Source: Lingula anatina (taxonomy: Eukaryota > Animalia > Brachiopoda). From it: 64,000 nucleotides of DNA. The notes under the pieces were generated by a model, which was given only the letters and a program-made list of their open reading frames with translations, was not told where the DNA came from and ran no database searches. The translations under genes and the position numbers were made by a program. Positions within the stretch are counted from its first letter, which is position 1; each line of letters opens with the position of its first letter. The stretch covers positions 29,270,401 to 29,334,400 of the forward strand of contig CM120641.1 in assembly GCA_051362555.1 (NCBI GenBank), read 5' to 3'. Below, in pieces: positions 10,636 to 25,386 of this stretch.

Positions 10636-12782
10636 TTAGTGGTAATTAAGGGTAAAAAAAAATGGCCAAATCTACACACGGCGGATAAAAGCACCAAATT
10701 TTGCATGCGGTTACCTTTTGACATACTCTGAAAAAATATACCTTTCGATCAAAAAATCCATAATGGCCGCAAATGTATGGAATTCTGTAGAAATATATAC
10801 GTACCTCTATTTATTTTTATCAAATAAAGTTTTTTGTCAATCTTTCCCACATCCTTATTACTTATATAATGCCTAACTATCAAAGAGGAAACGATTTCCG
10901 TGGACTTTTTGAAAAAATCCAAGATAGCCGCCATTTGCCATAGGAATACTAGTACACGTACAAGGGGTTTCAACTAATGCCAACTAGGGAGATAATATAA
11001 TGTTATGAAGAAATTAGGTTTGCTTTTGGGTATTTTCCACATCTTTAAAACCCATAAAATATATATGTGCTGAGAACCTTGTGTGTATATCCTTGCACAA
11101 TTTGAAAAAAAAAAAAAAAAGAGAGATTGGGTTTAACATTAAATGAAGCTAAATTTAGGTATGTCAGTTTGTCTTTCAGTGTTTTTTCATCATTATTACC
11201 CCATAATACTTATCTGGTAGGTAAAAAATTTGCACATTTGATTGTTTTGAGGAAATACAAGATGGCCGTCGTTTGCCATAGTGCATGGTCATCATGATGT
11301 TTTGTCAAGGGTTCACACTTGTAACCCACCAGATATTTATCTCAGAGTTAAAGGTATATAATTAATACTCAGAGACAAAACTTATTTTAATTGGACCCTG
11401 TGTATCTCTGGCAATAGGCCTAGTTGAAACCCGATTACTAGTATCCCTATTAAAAATTGCAGCCATCTTGGATTTTCATAAATACCCAAGGATACACACT
11501 TGCTACATACCAGATTTATGTAAAATAAGGTTAATAAGGAAGCGGACATAACTGAACATCAAACATTAGCTTTATTCCATGATTTAATCCATGTCTATGT
11601 TCCGTTAATTGACACATATTTACATTTGAATGATACATTCTTATGGCAACCGTTAGCCACTTTGGTTTTCTCAGAATAATACATACTTTCTACACTACAC
11701 CAAAAATCTTACATAAGGGAAATATGAATATGAAACCATTTAAAAACGATCTAAAGTTAACTTCAAAATGGACTCAATGTCTCTCTGTCATTATTTGAAG
11801 TCTGTGTATTAGTATTCTTATGGCAAAAGACCAAGTACCTGTATATATAGGGGAATTAACCAAGGGTATGAAAAAACATTAAATATTTTGAAAAACAAAT
11901 CCTTGGTTACATAATTGTATAATGAACCCAATGTCTCTCTGACAGCAATTAAAACGCGCCCATTAGTACTGATATGTAAAATAGAAATCATCTTGGGTTT
12001 TCTCAGAATATCCAAGAGTGCACACTTGTTACCCAACAGATATAATGATATATATCCTCAGAGACAAAACTTATTTTAATTGGACCCTATATATCTCTGG
12101 CAGTAGCTGAAACCCAATTACTAGAATTCCTATAAAACTGCAGCCATCTTGGATTTTCATAAATACACACGGATACACACTTGCTACACACCAGATTTAT
12201 ATAGAATAAGGTTAATAAGGAAGCGGACATAACTGAACATGCAAATCCCTTAGAAACAAACACAATTGTTAATAAACACTACATCTCTCTGGTAGAAGAT
12301 GAAAAGCCAGGCATGTACAGTTGTAATGGTATTCCTATGGCAAATGGCGGCCAACTTGGATTTTCTTAAAACGATCAAATATGCACATTTATGACCTACC
12401 AGATAGGTATTATGGAGTTATAATGATATCAAAAATACTGAATAACAATCTGAATTTGATAGTGAATAAAGTACCTTTGTAGCTGGCAACTTTGTTTTTG
12501 TTTTTTTCAGAAAGTCCAAGAAAACCAGTTTCCTCCCTGACAGGTATGCATTATATGGGTAATAAGGATGTGGAAAAAACTTATTTGATAAAAATCAATA
12601 TAAGTATGTATATATTTCTATAGAATTCCGTAAATTGAGGGCCATTTTGGATTTTTGACCAAACGGTAAATGTTTTCAGAGGGCTACGGCCCTAATTTGG
12701 TTTAGAATGCCGAAAGGTAACTACATGCCAAATGGTGCTTTTATCCGCCGTGTCACGATTTTTTCGTTAAGCCACCCAACTA
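10636..12782. mobile_element. Degenerate ~2.1-kb foldback-like DNA element with long inverted ends and internal repeats
   Basis: acacggcggataaaagcacc (~10676) is mirrored by ggtgcttttatccgccgtgt (~12734), and 10743-10860 is mirrored by ~12555-12662. There is an internal direct repeat at ~11367-11560 / ~12057-12240 and recurrent gccatcttggatttt motifs. Exact ends and superfamily are uncertain. Confidence 0.6.
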
Positions 12783-15297
12783 AATGTCCCTTGCATAATA
12801 TCGAAAGAATTTCAAAACACTGACAATAATAATAAGAACATGCTACACGATTAACTACTATCTAACAATATAACTATTATAAAATATTCAGATTTTGTAA
12901 ACATCCTTTAATAATATTTTCTTTTACTAAAGTTATAAAAGAGTCAAAATCATAATAACAATCTGAAAGAGATTTACAAACCACGGAACATTTTTTTTAC
13001 GAAAACCTGAATCAAGACAACAAAGCTAGTGTTATTCTTTTGACCTGCCAACTTGGCTTTAATGTTAAATTCAAAGCTAAATAACCTATGTCAGAATTTT
13101 TTCTGCGTCAGTGTTGTATGAAAGTCGTACCTCACGCAAATCGTCAATGATTTTTTAAATTTTAGTGGGGTCTTAAAAATCTCAAGAAAATCAATCGAAA
13201 TGATCTACTTACCGATTCTGAATGATTTTGTCTGTTTTTGAATGTAAGTCTTGCGAGCGGCATCCAAAGTTCCGAGAGGCGACCTTGTCTGGAATAGTGC
13301 AGGGGAACACTGAGAGAACACGCCGCTGTCGGATTGCATTTAAACTCTGTTGTACGGATGCACCATAATACCAATAGGAAACCGCGGCAGTTAAAAGGCT
13401 TCCATTATTTCCAGGAACTCTTAATTTTGTTCTCACCTGCCGGTATTATAGATAATTAAGAAACGCTTACCTATTTTGCGTGATGAATACAATTCCGGTA
13501 TGCTACACGTGGACAATATAAGTGAGTGCTAAATATCTTCCGATAGTGTAATGTAACCAAATTGACTCCGAGTGATGGTACGAAATGAGTTTCTTCGCGC
13601 TAAATAATAGGGCGGAATAATATATTCGAAATGAGAGGATTGACGCAGATTTCCGATAATGTGCGTCACTCATCAGTTTAGTATATTAACAACAGCCTAT
13701 GATTTAGATCAGGGTTAATGTTTTTGAGGTATAATCACTTTATTTCTTTAGAAAAGGTCGATTAAGAATCACATAAATGTTATTGTATCATCCAGGAAAC
13801 TGGAAATGTTGTTTTTAATAAATTTCACAGGATATTAAAACATTTTCACAATTCTTATCCGGCTTATCGGAGAATCCTAACTTTAAATGAAATTGAACAT
13901 TTTTTTTAGATCCTTAAGCCTATTTGCTTTGTAATGTAGCACACAAAAAATCGCCGAACATTCAGTTTTTTTCACGATGAAAAGAGTTGGCAGTCAAAGG
14001 ATTTGCGATTCATCAGAGTGCTTAGGTAATGCTACAGCAGGAAAGGATAATTTTTCATAGTTTCGGGGGAGGGGGGGACGATAATCACGTTCGCCCAGAC
14101 CTTAGCACAGGCACGTTGCTTGTCCAGAAAAAAATGGCAACCTAGTGATAAGGCTTGAGAGTCGTAAAATGCGTTGATTGGTTAAGAACGGCCGATGATT
14201 GACAGCAGATTGACAGGTCAAATTAGTTAAGTGACGTGCTGTGGTGAGAAGAGGATGACGAAAATCGTTATAAAACGGTCCGCTGTACTTAAATGGCACT
14301 AAGTTAGGCTGTCAATCACTTGCTTTGCTCAAAATGTTAGAATTTCGTGTTACATGTGTATACCAAAAGAAGTATTTTATTCATTTATTTTACAACGTGT
14401 CTTGTTTCGATGTTTTCCGACAGACTGATCACGTGATTGAGAAGCAGTGCGTGGTTATTTTGATTTGTTTTCGGATGAAATTTTAATTGACAGTAGTGGT
14501 ATGGTATAATGGAAATGTGGTATCAACACTTCACAGGACTTTTTTTTATATGGAGGTGTCGCCTCGACTGTACAAAAATTAACCATATGTCATATGTATC
14601 AGAAATAACATGAATATTTTTTAATGATGATTGCTTAAATTGTTAACTCTTCCTAATTTCCTTTTTATTTCGGATCTTTAATATCAGTCATTTTTCTTTC
14701 TCATATATATACGTGTGTGTCAGAAAAAAACAATGCACGCTTTGTAATATTTCTTTTGAAATAAATTTAATATCTATTTGATCACATATATTATTTATTC
14801 ACAGTATAAGCACAACACGTTTTAAAAGTGCTGCTGATGTCTTTGCAATAAATTATTCAAAGTTTCCCATTTACTGTACACACATTTACAAGAATTTTCA
14901 ATAACTTACATGTTTCCCAATAAATACCTTAACATATTTCATATGTACAAAATATGGACAACAGATAAATAAGCTTGACCTTCTGTGCTCGGCGAAATAA
15001 ATACTCTAATTTCTTATGTCTACTTTCTTAATCAATTCAATTCGAAGTCAATCAAAAGATGAAAGAATGAAAAATAAATAAATATAGACTTTTGCACTAT
15101 TACCTTTCACTAACTAACGTCATCTTCATTCAGTAATAAACTCTCTTTATATATATACATATGTTTCAGATAGACTCTTTATATACAGTAATAGTATAAA
15201 TATATATATATATATATATGAGATGAAAATATATCCGCACCTTTGATTCTTTGTATTGGCCCCATGAAAAAAATACACTGGCAATAAGATATCAATG

Positions 15298-18200
15298 TTA
15301 CCTAAGCGCACAGGTGAATTTTACCACCTTCTGTCGACAGGTTTCACATTTGACGGAACAACACCATTGGAACTTGCAATTACAGCTTGATGTCACCTCA
15401 ACATAACGCTTGCGTACTTTGAGTCCACAAGATGTGCATAGTCGTCTGCAGCTTTTTCTTTCCCAACGGGTGCTGCCCTTGTCTTTCTTTCGTGGCTTGA
15501 TACATTCTCTACCAACGGTGCCGAAGGAACCAGCAGTCAGATTGGCTTTACAGTAATTGGGAGAGTGCTCCAAATAAACTAAGTCATTTTTGGAGACAGA
15601 CATGAGCCCTTGGTTTCTTCTTGCGTTTCTGAGCTCCCCGTTGATACTGTCAACTCGAATGGCTCTTTGGTATTTTTTCTTCAACCAGTTTCCGACGTCG
15701 CGGAAGTCGGGGAGTTGATGCCAGCAAGTTTTTGTGGTACAGCTGCCGGATACACCATGACACTTGCAGGTCAACTTCAGAGTCTTACGGACAGCCTGTA
15801 AAATGATCAAATAATTGCATAAATACTGAGACATCAAATTATACGAGAGGTTAAGTAGAAAGACAAATGTATTATCAACTAACATAAAGAAGTGCAGTAA
15901 TTCGACATTTTACTTGAATGCGTAAGCGAAGCTGGACACCTTGAAAATACAAAGAGAGAAGGGGCGGCACTTATAGCATTATGATATGAGAAAAACTTAA
16001 CTGTGCAAGACTAACACAAAGTATTGATGACAGTCAGGAAAGATAACTAATCGTTACTCTTATTAATATCATATTATCTAGTATGACTAATCAGCATCAC
16101 AAAATATTGTGAATCTCTGGCTTTCATGTGGCAAGGAGATCATAGTGAAGCGATTAAAGACCCTTACCCTGCGGCCAGCATCGTTGTTGTGAATGTTCAT
16201 AATCGCCAGTGCGTCTTTCCCGGTCTCCAGCGAGTCCACAAACAACTTAGAAATTCTCTCCCCAAAATTCACATTATCGCTGCAACCTCCCCACTTCCAG
16301 TTAGGTCCTCCTGTAAAAAAAAAAGAGACAGTCCAGTATAGCCAGATGTTACATAAAAATAGATTATATAAGATCTAAAATGAATCGCTCATTAACTCCT
16401 CTCAACCATTTGCTGCTAGTGCAAGGACCTAATCGAATGCATTATCACTTTCAGACTGGCTTGTATAAAAAAACATTTAATGAAAATCGATATCAGATTA
16501 TTATGTTACAAGATATTTAGCAACTATCTTACCTTGCAAACCTTTCTTTGAGTTATCACATCCGCAGTTTTCAAAATGACCCATGCTGCAGTTTCTAGTT
16601 AGCGTGTACATCACACCTGCGGCGCTAATGGCATGGACGAAAGAGGTTTCTTTGTCGGCTGAAAAAGATTACTTTGATTTGATTGTCCGATTATGGAGGA
16701 CTTCGCGGAAACCCTATCAGCTAATTGCTGCTGGCATCCAAACAGCCATTCTCAGGCAAAACTATAGAACTAAGGACGTGAACTTCAGAAGAAATATTTA
16801 CATAGGAAAAAATACTTCAACGACATTGTGTTAGTTGAGATGGGTTGACTGTAGAAACTGAGATTAATTATTTAAAATTCCTGATTCCCTTCTCACTGTT
16901 TAACTGTTTAAATTCCTCTTTTTCTCACAAAATTTAAATGTCTTACCTTTTTTGAAAGATCCATGAGAAAAGAAAGGGATCGTGTTTTCAGGGCAGTTCC
17001 ACCTATCCCACTTGAACTGTTCCTTACACTCTTCAACACCCATGAGTGCGCCCGACGCCACGCTGTCGGCATAGGTTAAGTAAGCCTATAAAAAATAATA
17101 ATCAAAACTGAAAGCTAACTTTCACAGAAAAGGATGAAAAATTGGTTTTACATATTGTGGATACAAAATGCAATAAATGGACAAAAAAAGAAATTTGTAA
17201 TTAGTCGTGTCCCTAACAAACAATTTGGCCATTTGGTCACCAACGCATCCCTTTAACATACATACAAATATTACTAGTCAGCTGTCCTTAACGTGAATCA
17301 CTTTTCCCTTGTTTATTTGTTTATTCAATAATGATCATTTAAAGTGACAATTTTCATGTTGGCCACATGCATTCCTACACACGCAACTTTTCGATATATT
17401 GATGAAAAGGGTGATTTTCCTAACCTGTATCCCTGCGCCTCGTGCCATTAACACTTCACAATCCCGCAGGTATTGTATTGTATAGTATAACTGATTAAGT
17501 TCGTTTGCCTTTGAGTTCGATTGCATACTACAAACACAGTCAGCAAACACGGCGCTTATCGTCACTTATCTTAAATTTTCTATTGTTACGTAGTCTCCCT
17601 TCAAACGACTTAAAGGATATTAACAAGTTAACGCGATGACTATCAAGAATAGCAAATTTGTGTTAAGTGGGCGTGATCAAAGGGCCGATCAACTGGAGGC
17701 AGTGATACTTATCACTTAAATCGTGTGAAGAAAAACGTTTAGTGCTCTCTTGTTTTCACTCACTTTGCCTTATATCCTCGCAGACGGAGTGGCGCCAGGC
17801 TCATTTCTATGATATTTCAGTAAACCCAAGCCCCACAATTTCTGTACTTTAATTTTCTGGCCAAATTAGTAGCCAATGTTTCTAAAACCCATTATTAGGA
17901 GGTGTAGCTAACAAAGGTTCAATCTCACCAGTACCCTTTTATGATTGCAGGACTGTATGAAATAAGTGATACAATTTTGGCTGATAATGAGAAACAACAT
18001 GCCTATATTCCAATTATCCATTATATCATACAGCTAAATAAACGTCATTAACTAAAATGATTATTTCAACTTGTGATCAAGTGCATTCTTTACCTAAGGG
18101 AAAGACCAGCCTACTCGCGAAATTGATATTTAGCAAAATTCAAGGCCGGGGTTTTTATGTTTGTGACTCAAGGCTATAGTGACGAATTCAACAAAGTTTA

Positions 18201-20197
18201 CTGAACCAAGATTTTTTTCAATCGCTAATTTTAAAAAATGAAAAAGTACAGTAGTTTATTCGGGATATTTATTTTTATAGACCTTCCTTTAATAAGTCAT
18301 CTACAGCTGATAACTTTTTTCAAAAGGAAAACAAATTCAACTTTAAGCAGCCTTAACTTTCATTATTTGAAAATTTCAATTCTTTGGATGTCAGATTATT
18401 GTGTTATTATTGGTAACAGCGCGACAGATGCAGGAGGTACACCCGCTACACTTCTGTCAACAGAGTGTCAAGTCTTGTCCATCATTTCTTTATTACAGTT
18501 CCATTTGTTTTCCGTTTTGTATTGTAAGGTTCCCCTTGTTCATCATGGGCCATACCGTAAGTAGTTGGGTAAACGAAGTATCGAGTTTTTGCGCCGCTAG
18601 CAGGTCTTAAACTCTGCGTGACACATAGTTTCTAAATTTTCTTCTTAAATACTAGCATTCCAGTGACAATCTGTATGTAGAAATAATGCGTCGGATTCTG
18701 CCTACACCCTAATCTGTGGTCGAGGAAAAGTTTTTCACTTTTACCGCATATCCGAGGAAACCCTTAATAAATACATTAGCCGAATATTAATTATTATACC
18801 TGCCTTTTGTAGTGTAATAATTTATTCCTTGTTGTTATTTGAGAATGCTTCTTTAATGTTGCTAATCCAATTTCACAAATACACTAATTCTAAAATTATT
18901 TCTAGACACCTTCTAATCAGTTCATCTTGACTTGAATTAGGCATTGTTGTGGAATGTTATTGACATAATGTCGATGAAGCCATATAATTGTTTAGTTTAC
19001 TTGGTCGTATTCTTAGTTTGATTGGAAAGGGCTTAACTGCGATCCCAATTTAGTGCAACCTTGAATGCGTCTTTACACACAACTTAACATTTCATATTGG
19101 TCAGTCTAGAGGTTTAGGGTCTAATATTCTTCTTTGATAAATTGGGAAAATGTACCTCAAAAGGAAATGCCCTACCTCACTCAAAAATTGATGGAGGGAG
19201 TTGAAGAAGATGCAGGACTTATACTTTGAGGAGGTTAGATTATTTCACCTGTCAGCCCTACTCAAAATGAACTACACAAAGACGCTTTAAATACAAATTC
19301 CTTTCTCGATAAATCTTTAAATTGATTTATTGAGTATATAGCAATAAGCTCTGGACTTTATATGACAGACGATAGCCTTTTTGGGGGGATATTATCTAAC
19401 AATCTAATTTTGTGTTAAGCAAACACGCCCATGCTTCAGTTATTGTATTACAGTAGCTGTCCATTTTGGTTGATGTGATGCGCTGTGACTTCTTTTCCCA
19501 AGACATTGTGAAGTAATAGCAAGGTTAAATAAAGCGTGTACGTACCTTTGGTCCTGTCATAAGAAAGTTATTCAGCGACCTGCAAGAAAAGAAAAAGGGG
19601 CGGATTAGGGATACAATAGCTATCAATTTAGACACGAGTAGGAAGATCGTCGACATACAAAGCAAATATGGAGCAGATCAGTGGAAATCAACGTCCCGTC
19701 AGCGATGGCAATCAAAATAGACTGGAAATGTCTAAATTTGCATCTAAACCTGCTCCATTTGACCCCGCTGTTAACCGGTGTTGTGGCACATGGAGATGTA
19801 ATCACGCTTCATTAGCCAGGCATGGGATGCGTTGATTGTTATCATTCTACACGCCTAGGCACATACCAGTGCAAATTTAGATGTAACCGCTTTAAAAAGC
19901 ATTAACTTGTAAAATATACATGTAAAGAAATGTCACTTTCGTCGTTTCTTGCGCACGTAAAACCAGTCTGAATCATGGTTGCAAATAAAGTTTACTCATT
20001 AAATTAATTATAAAAAGAATGTATGGCTATATATGCAATAAATACGACATGCATGAGTTTACCTTAAGAAAATACTGAACAAAATAATGTAAAGTGATGA
20101 CTTACCATGCTAATACATCTACAGGTATAATAAGTAAGAATACTACAGCGACGTTAAAGTAATGTCCTTGGGTTGCCGACTTCGTTTTCGTCCACAT
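15298..20197 (-). CDS. Wnt8: Wnt8 family secreted ligand, complete, 6 coding exons
   Basis: Exons 20197-20106, 19579-19546 (34 nt), 17085-16947 (139), 16658-16533 (126), 16310-16168 (143) and 15795-15298, all GT-AG and in phase. The protein has a signal peptide, then the Wnt8-diagnostic [17 protein letters not shown], followed by [50 protein letters not shown] and a Cys-rich C-terminus. Confidence 0.95.
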
Positions 20198-20229
20198 TTT
20201 TCAGTTTCTGGTAGTAATAGTCCAATGTT

Positions 20230-20350
20230 CGTCTTCAAAGTGAGAGAGTTGATATGACATGAAATGTCCACGAGGCGGTCATTTATAAAGTTACTATCCA
20301 ATACGTCACACGATTATCAATGGAATTAGAGAGGACGTCATCACCCAATC
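20230..20350 (-). promoter_or_regulatory. Putative Wnt8 core promoter
   Basis: TATAAAT on the minus strand at 20281-20287, about 85 nt upstream of the ATG. CCAAT at ~20298 and ~20345, CRE-like ACGTCA at ~20303 and ~20335, and a TCF-like TTCAAAG at ~20234. These are motif matches only. Confidence 0.4.
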
Positions 20351-23072
20351 AAATTTCGGGTTTAAAATATGTAAAGGTAAATCAAACAACGCACCTGCGC
20401 AGTGTGTATCACCTAATAGATTTTAGGAGGCCCACTTGCGCTTGATTACATTTACTGTGGCTGTCTTCTAAGCGGATTAAGGTGTATGGTCAAACTGTCC
20501 AGGGCGGCTTGTTTGTCCACTTTGACCACTCTCTTTTGTTCCTGATCTGCTTGTGCTATGGCTTCAAGGGCTAAGGTGGAAGTGATTTCAAGGGAATGTA
20601 ATTACGTCAAAATTTTAACTTCCTATGACTTGTAATTCTTTTCAAGTGCCGCGCGGTCAGTGGAATAGGAAGAGTACTTTGTTTGAGCCGGCTTCATCAG
20701 ATGTAATCTAATATGGACCAAAGGTAACTTAATTGAATGTTCAAAAATTCACAATTAACTCGCCCATTGTACTTTTGGATGGATTTAAGGAGGTCAGTGC
20801 AAGATAACATTTACGATGATAAAACATTTTTGTGCAAGGGATGTAACCTTCTGTGATCAAATGAATATTTAAAGAATTAAAACAATTAAGTATTTATAAT
20901 TAAATTTAAAGCACTATCCGTAGCATTCAAGTGCGTCTATGCTATGTTTCAAACTAGGAAAGAAATAAATGAAGAATTCTAACATTTATATCATTCCATG
21001 AAATAATAATACTACTACTTGGGTGCAACCTGCATACGCTTGTAAGGTAAAACTAAACAGCGAAGAAGTTAATTTATTTAATAGAATATTTATATCTTAT
21101 TTCTCGATGGTGCGTGGGATTTATGTCATGACCTTTGAACTTAATGGCAGATAAAATAGAGAAAAAGTAGAGGGAGGATAAGGCCAGACAAAGTTGATAA
21201 ATTGGATAATTACGAACGCAACCGACCCTAATTTTCAGGAAATCAAAGAAATTTTCACACGTATAATTAGTGTAAAAATACTCTGGGCATTGATTTGGTA
21301 AGTGGGACAATTTTTCATTTGACCTTAGGGAAATTATTAATGTTAACGTTGTTCTTTTTATTATTTAATATCTACTACACTGTTGATTTGACCCCACATC
21401 AATAAAGAAAGAAAGAAAGAAATATCGACTGGGCACTAAAATTTAACGGCTACTCGTTAAACACCATACGTTTAAAAAAACGAAATAAAAATCAATTTCG
21501 TTTACCAACCCTGTTTGCTAAAAGTCGCCGTTCGTTAACCAACTTATCAAATTGATTTGGCCTAATCATAAGATTTACACCAAAAAGAGACACAAACGGT
21601 CTAACTTCATTTATATAATTAGGCGTGATGAAGCTAATGCACTGGGCTGACACATTCACAGTTTGCAGATCGAATTAAACATCCGTTATCTATCGTCGCA
21701 TCACATCTTTTTACCGGCTATTCATCCATTTAGGTATAACTCAGGTATTTCTTATCTTTCTTTGTATTAACCAGGTAGTATCCTAACTGAAGCAGGCTCA
21801 AGCTGTTACGTTCACATTCTCAAACATATTCCAAGTGACATAAAATTCGAAAGAGGCACGGAAATTTGTTTTAGCTCTTATATGATAAAGAAGGTAAGAC
21901 TGGACAGGCGAAAAATGATGTTTCATAATAAAATTAATTACAATGATAAATGGGTGTAAAAAAGAAAGGGATTACGTATTTCAAAAGCTACATCGAAGAT
22001 TGAAATTGTTCATATAATATTAAAATTAAAAAATCCTAGATCTCACACTGTACGTTAAAATTACAAGTGTGGTATCAGTACCAGTGATAAACGCAACCAG
22101 ATGCTCTCCCGTCTTATCCTGTTTGCTTAGGGTGTGCGGAGTCTCATCTAAGGTAATTGTGTCCTGGGCGCTCTGTAGCAATACGAGGTTAATGCACAAT
22201 AATGACCGGAATTATCAAAAGATAAGATAACATGATACAGAAAAACAGGAAAAACAAATTACTCCCAATTCGGTCTCCTCGCCAGTTTGTAGCCTAACCA
22301 CTTTGTAGTTTGTAGCAAGTTCATGAGGCACCTTTCTCCGATCATATACCTGTCTAATTATAACAGCCATTAGGCTGTTGTGGGACTCCAGCAACTTCGC
22401 CATCCAATTTCATTGGTCGAGTAGCCATTCGGAAATGCATGATGAAAATTATGACAGCCTTCGCCTACGGATCCAAACGCCACAATTTTATTTTATCTGA
22501 GGTTGATGCTTTTATCACACGGCCTTTTCCTATATAAATTCGCTACATTGTTCACCAACCACGGCGCATTGAGCCCCACACGGTATCAGAAAAAAGGTTA
22601 CGTAGGTGTTATGGCCAACTCTCGCCCCAAGAGTACCACGGGATAAAGAAAATAGAATAAAACAGACTAGCGAACCAGACGGGTAGAAGAACCTAGAAAA
22701 TGACAAAAATAAAAGTGTTGCACATATTGTAGTTTTAAGATAATAATGAAAGTTGTTAGGATTTATGCCCTAAACGAAAAGATTAACCTGATTGCCTGAT
22801 TAAAATTATACTTATGATATATGCCGTAAAGTATAAGCAATTAGGCCCCTACTTGACTTTAAAAATAGAAAACATTCTAAAACTAAAAAACGCGCCTGGC
22901 ATACGTCGCAGCGCCTTTCTTATGTCTATTCAATCCAGGTAACGCCATTCAAAGAATAAATGTGGCTTTGCACATACCTTTATTCTAAACCACTATTGTG
23001 CAAATTAAAAATGAGAACGAAAAGTATATTCTGTATCTTATTTTCTTTGGAGCGCATACGGGATCAGCGTAA

Positions 23073-23239
23073 AGCCTAGATTACATTTGCAATGCAATGC
23101 CCGTACGGTGCACGTATGCTGCCCGTAATGCACTTTTCGCACGGCGTCTGAGTGGAGGTACTAGTACTTAGACAGTGGCCGTGCGAAATCGCACGGAATC
23201 ATACGGATTTAAGGCCATGTAATGCATACATACGATTTC

Positions 23240-23270
<31 letters not shown>

Positions 23271-23317
23271 TACGGACAATTTCATCGCACGGCGCCCGTG
23301 TAAATGTAATCTAGGCT
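23073..23317. mobile_element. PIF/Harbinger-type MITE in the Wnt8-GBF1 intergenic region
   Basis: TIRs agcctagattacattt / aaatgtaatctaggct with TAA on both sides. Confidence 0.8.
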
Positions 23318-24023
23318 TAAAGGTCGCTTTAAAGTCAATCTGAGTCAATTAGTCATGGAACTTGTAGGCTCTAATGAACTTACTCGCGTTGGAAACAATT
23401 GGACAGACATCGGCTTATGATATATGTACAAAAGGAATATTACGTGATTGTCTGAAGACAGCAACGGTAGGGTATCTCCTTACTCAGAATGAACCAAACC
23501 ACTGCATCAAAGGGATAATAACTCTTCGTATGAGATCTATATTTCACAATAAGAACATTGTAAACAACTCGTAGAAATATAATATATTCTGTTTTACCAC
23601 AAAAACGGCTATCATTCTGATATCTGAGCTGGTTATCAGACCACGTGACCTCCATATAGATGGCTATACTCTGTAATAATCTCTTAAGGGATTTTAACAT
23701 AAAACCAAACTTAAAAAAAAAAAAAAAAAAAAAGGACTAACTTTGAATGTAGAAATGAATTCGTTAACCAATGGTAAGTAGGGGAAAATTGTTGTTTACT
23801 CCAGGAAAATTAACCTTTTTTTCCAATGACTACCAAAAGCATAGGCCCTATCTGGCCACATGCAATCGGTATAATGACCACATATGATTTCAATATAAGT
23901 AGACATGATTAAGTGGGACAAAAATTAAAGTTAATGTGATGCTAAGACTTTCGCATGACTGGTTTCCAATATTTATAAGAAATAAAAATGGTTAAATATT
24001 GCGATTCTAGGATTCAATATCTT

Positions 24024-24070
<47 letters not shown>

Positions 24071-24249
24071 GTGTTTACCTTGTATTAAAGGATTTAATAT
24101 ATTTTGTTGTGCACTTTAGCCATAATTTGATGATGTACAAGAAATATTATTGCTTTATCCCTTTCGGACTCCGATCGAGCTACATTACGATAAACGCTAT
24201 GTCGAGGTTGGTCGCGCCATCTATAATCGCGACGGCTTTTACATCTGCA

Positions 24250-24428
24250 CATGCGCACCACGTCAGTGGAGTTGAGCTGCTAGTTTCCACATAGACGACT
24301 GTAAAAATCAACATAATATTGACTGTACAGAATATCGTAGGCGTCCAGTCATATACCAGAATGTAGAAAAATACGACTATCTGTTGCGGCCATATGACAA
24401 AGGCAACCAGTAAGGACTCGATCAGAAG
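24250..24428 (+). other. Probable non-coding first exon / TSS region of GBF1
   Basis: A CpG-containing patch (24170-24620) with a donor-like cagaag|gtagat at 24428/24429, upstream of the first GBF1 coding exon. The start coordinate is a guess. Confidence 0.35.
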
Positions 24429-25331
24429 GTAGATATTTCTTTTATAGCATGTGTAGTTTGATCGTCTGTTTCCTTGCCGAGTTCAGTCTAAGTCAGTGAC
24501 AGTAATATATTAATGTTGACTATAAATGAAGAAGTCTAAATACGGTGTCCCTTATCTTGCCTCCAAGTCTGCGATCTTACCTTCGGTAGGAACGCAAAAG
24601 GGACGTCGTGTTGCGGACATAATATACTGATTATTATTTTAAATAACATAATTCGACCCATAAAAACTAAGAGTCCGTAAAATTGAAGTATCTTCATGTA
24701 TTGACTTAATCGCGCTAGACTGTAACCTTGATTGGTTAATTAACCGTGTAAAACCTTAAAACCCCATCAAACAAGTCTACCAATATATAAAAAAAAAATC
24801 GGGATAATGCTCGTCAGTGAAATTAATAAAATTGTGATATACCCCTATAGAAAATAAAATAAAGTTATCTTGTCAAACACAAATGAAGGATAAAGTAACA
24901 AATAAAATAGGTTTAGAAATTGGATCACACTGAAATTAAGCACACCTACCTCTTTGTGGGCTGTAACCCCTCCTTGTTAATTTTTTTACCAACTAGTAGG
25001 CATAGTGTAAATGCCAGTGCTTGGCCACACTGAGATTTAAATACCACCTGAAATTGATGTTTTTGCATGTGGATCTCAACATCAGTTGTCTATGTGGGGA
25101 TATATGGCTATTTTATGAAATTCATTAAAAATACTTTGTCAATTCATTACTGTTTTTTTTTTTTTTTTTCATTTTGGTAGACTAGTTACAATATAATTGC
25201 AGTCTAAATTTTTTTATGTGGTTTTAGGTTTCATTAACTAGTCAAGGTGACATTTGAGGTAGACTTCATGGCAATAATAATTTGACAAGCTCTTACAATT
25301 TTGAGAGTCAGTATTATATATATTGAGACTC

Positions 25332-25334
<3 letters not shown>

Positions 25335-25383
<49 letters not shown>
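25335..25383. repeat. (AG)n microsatellite
   Basis: Uninterrupted AG run. Confidence 0.95.
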
Positions 25384-25386
<3 letters not shown>

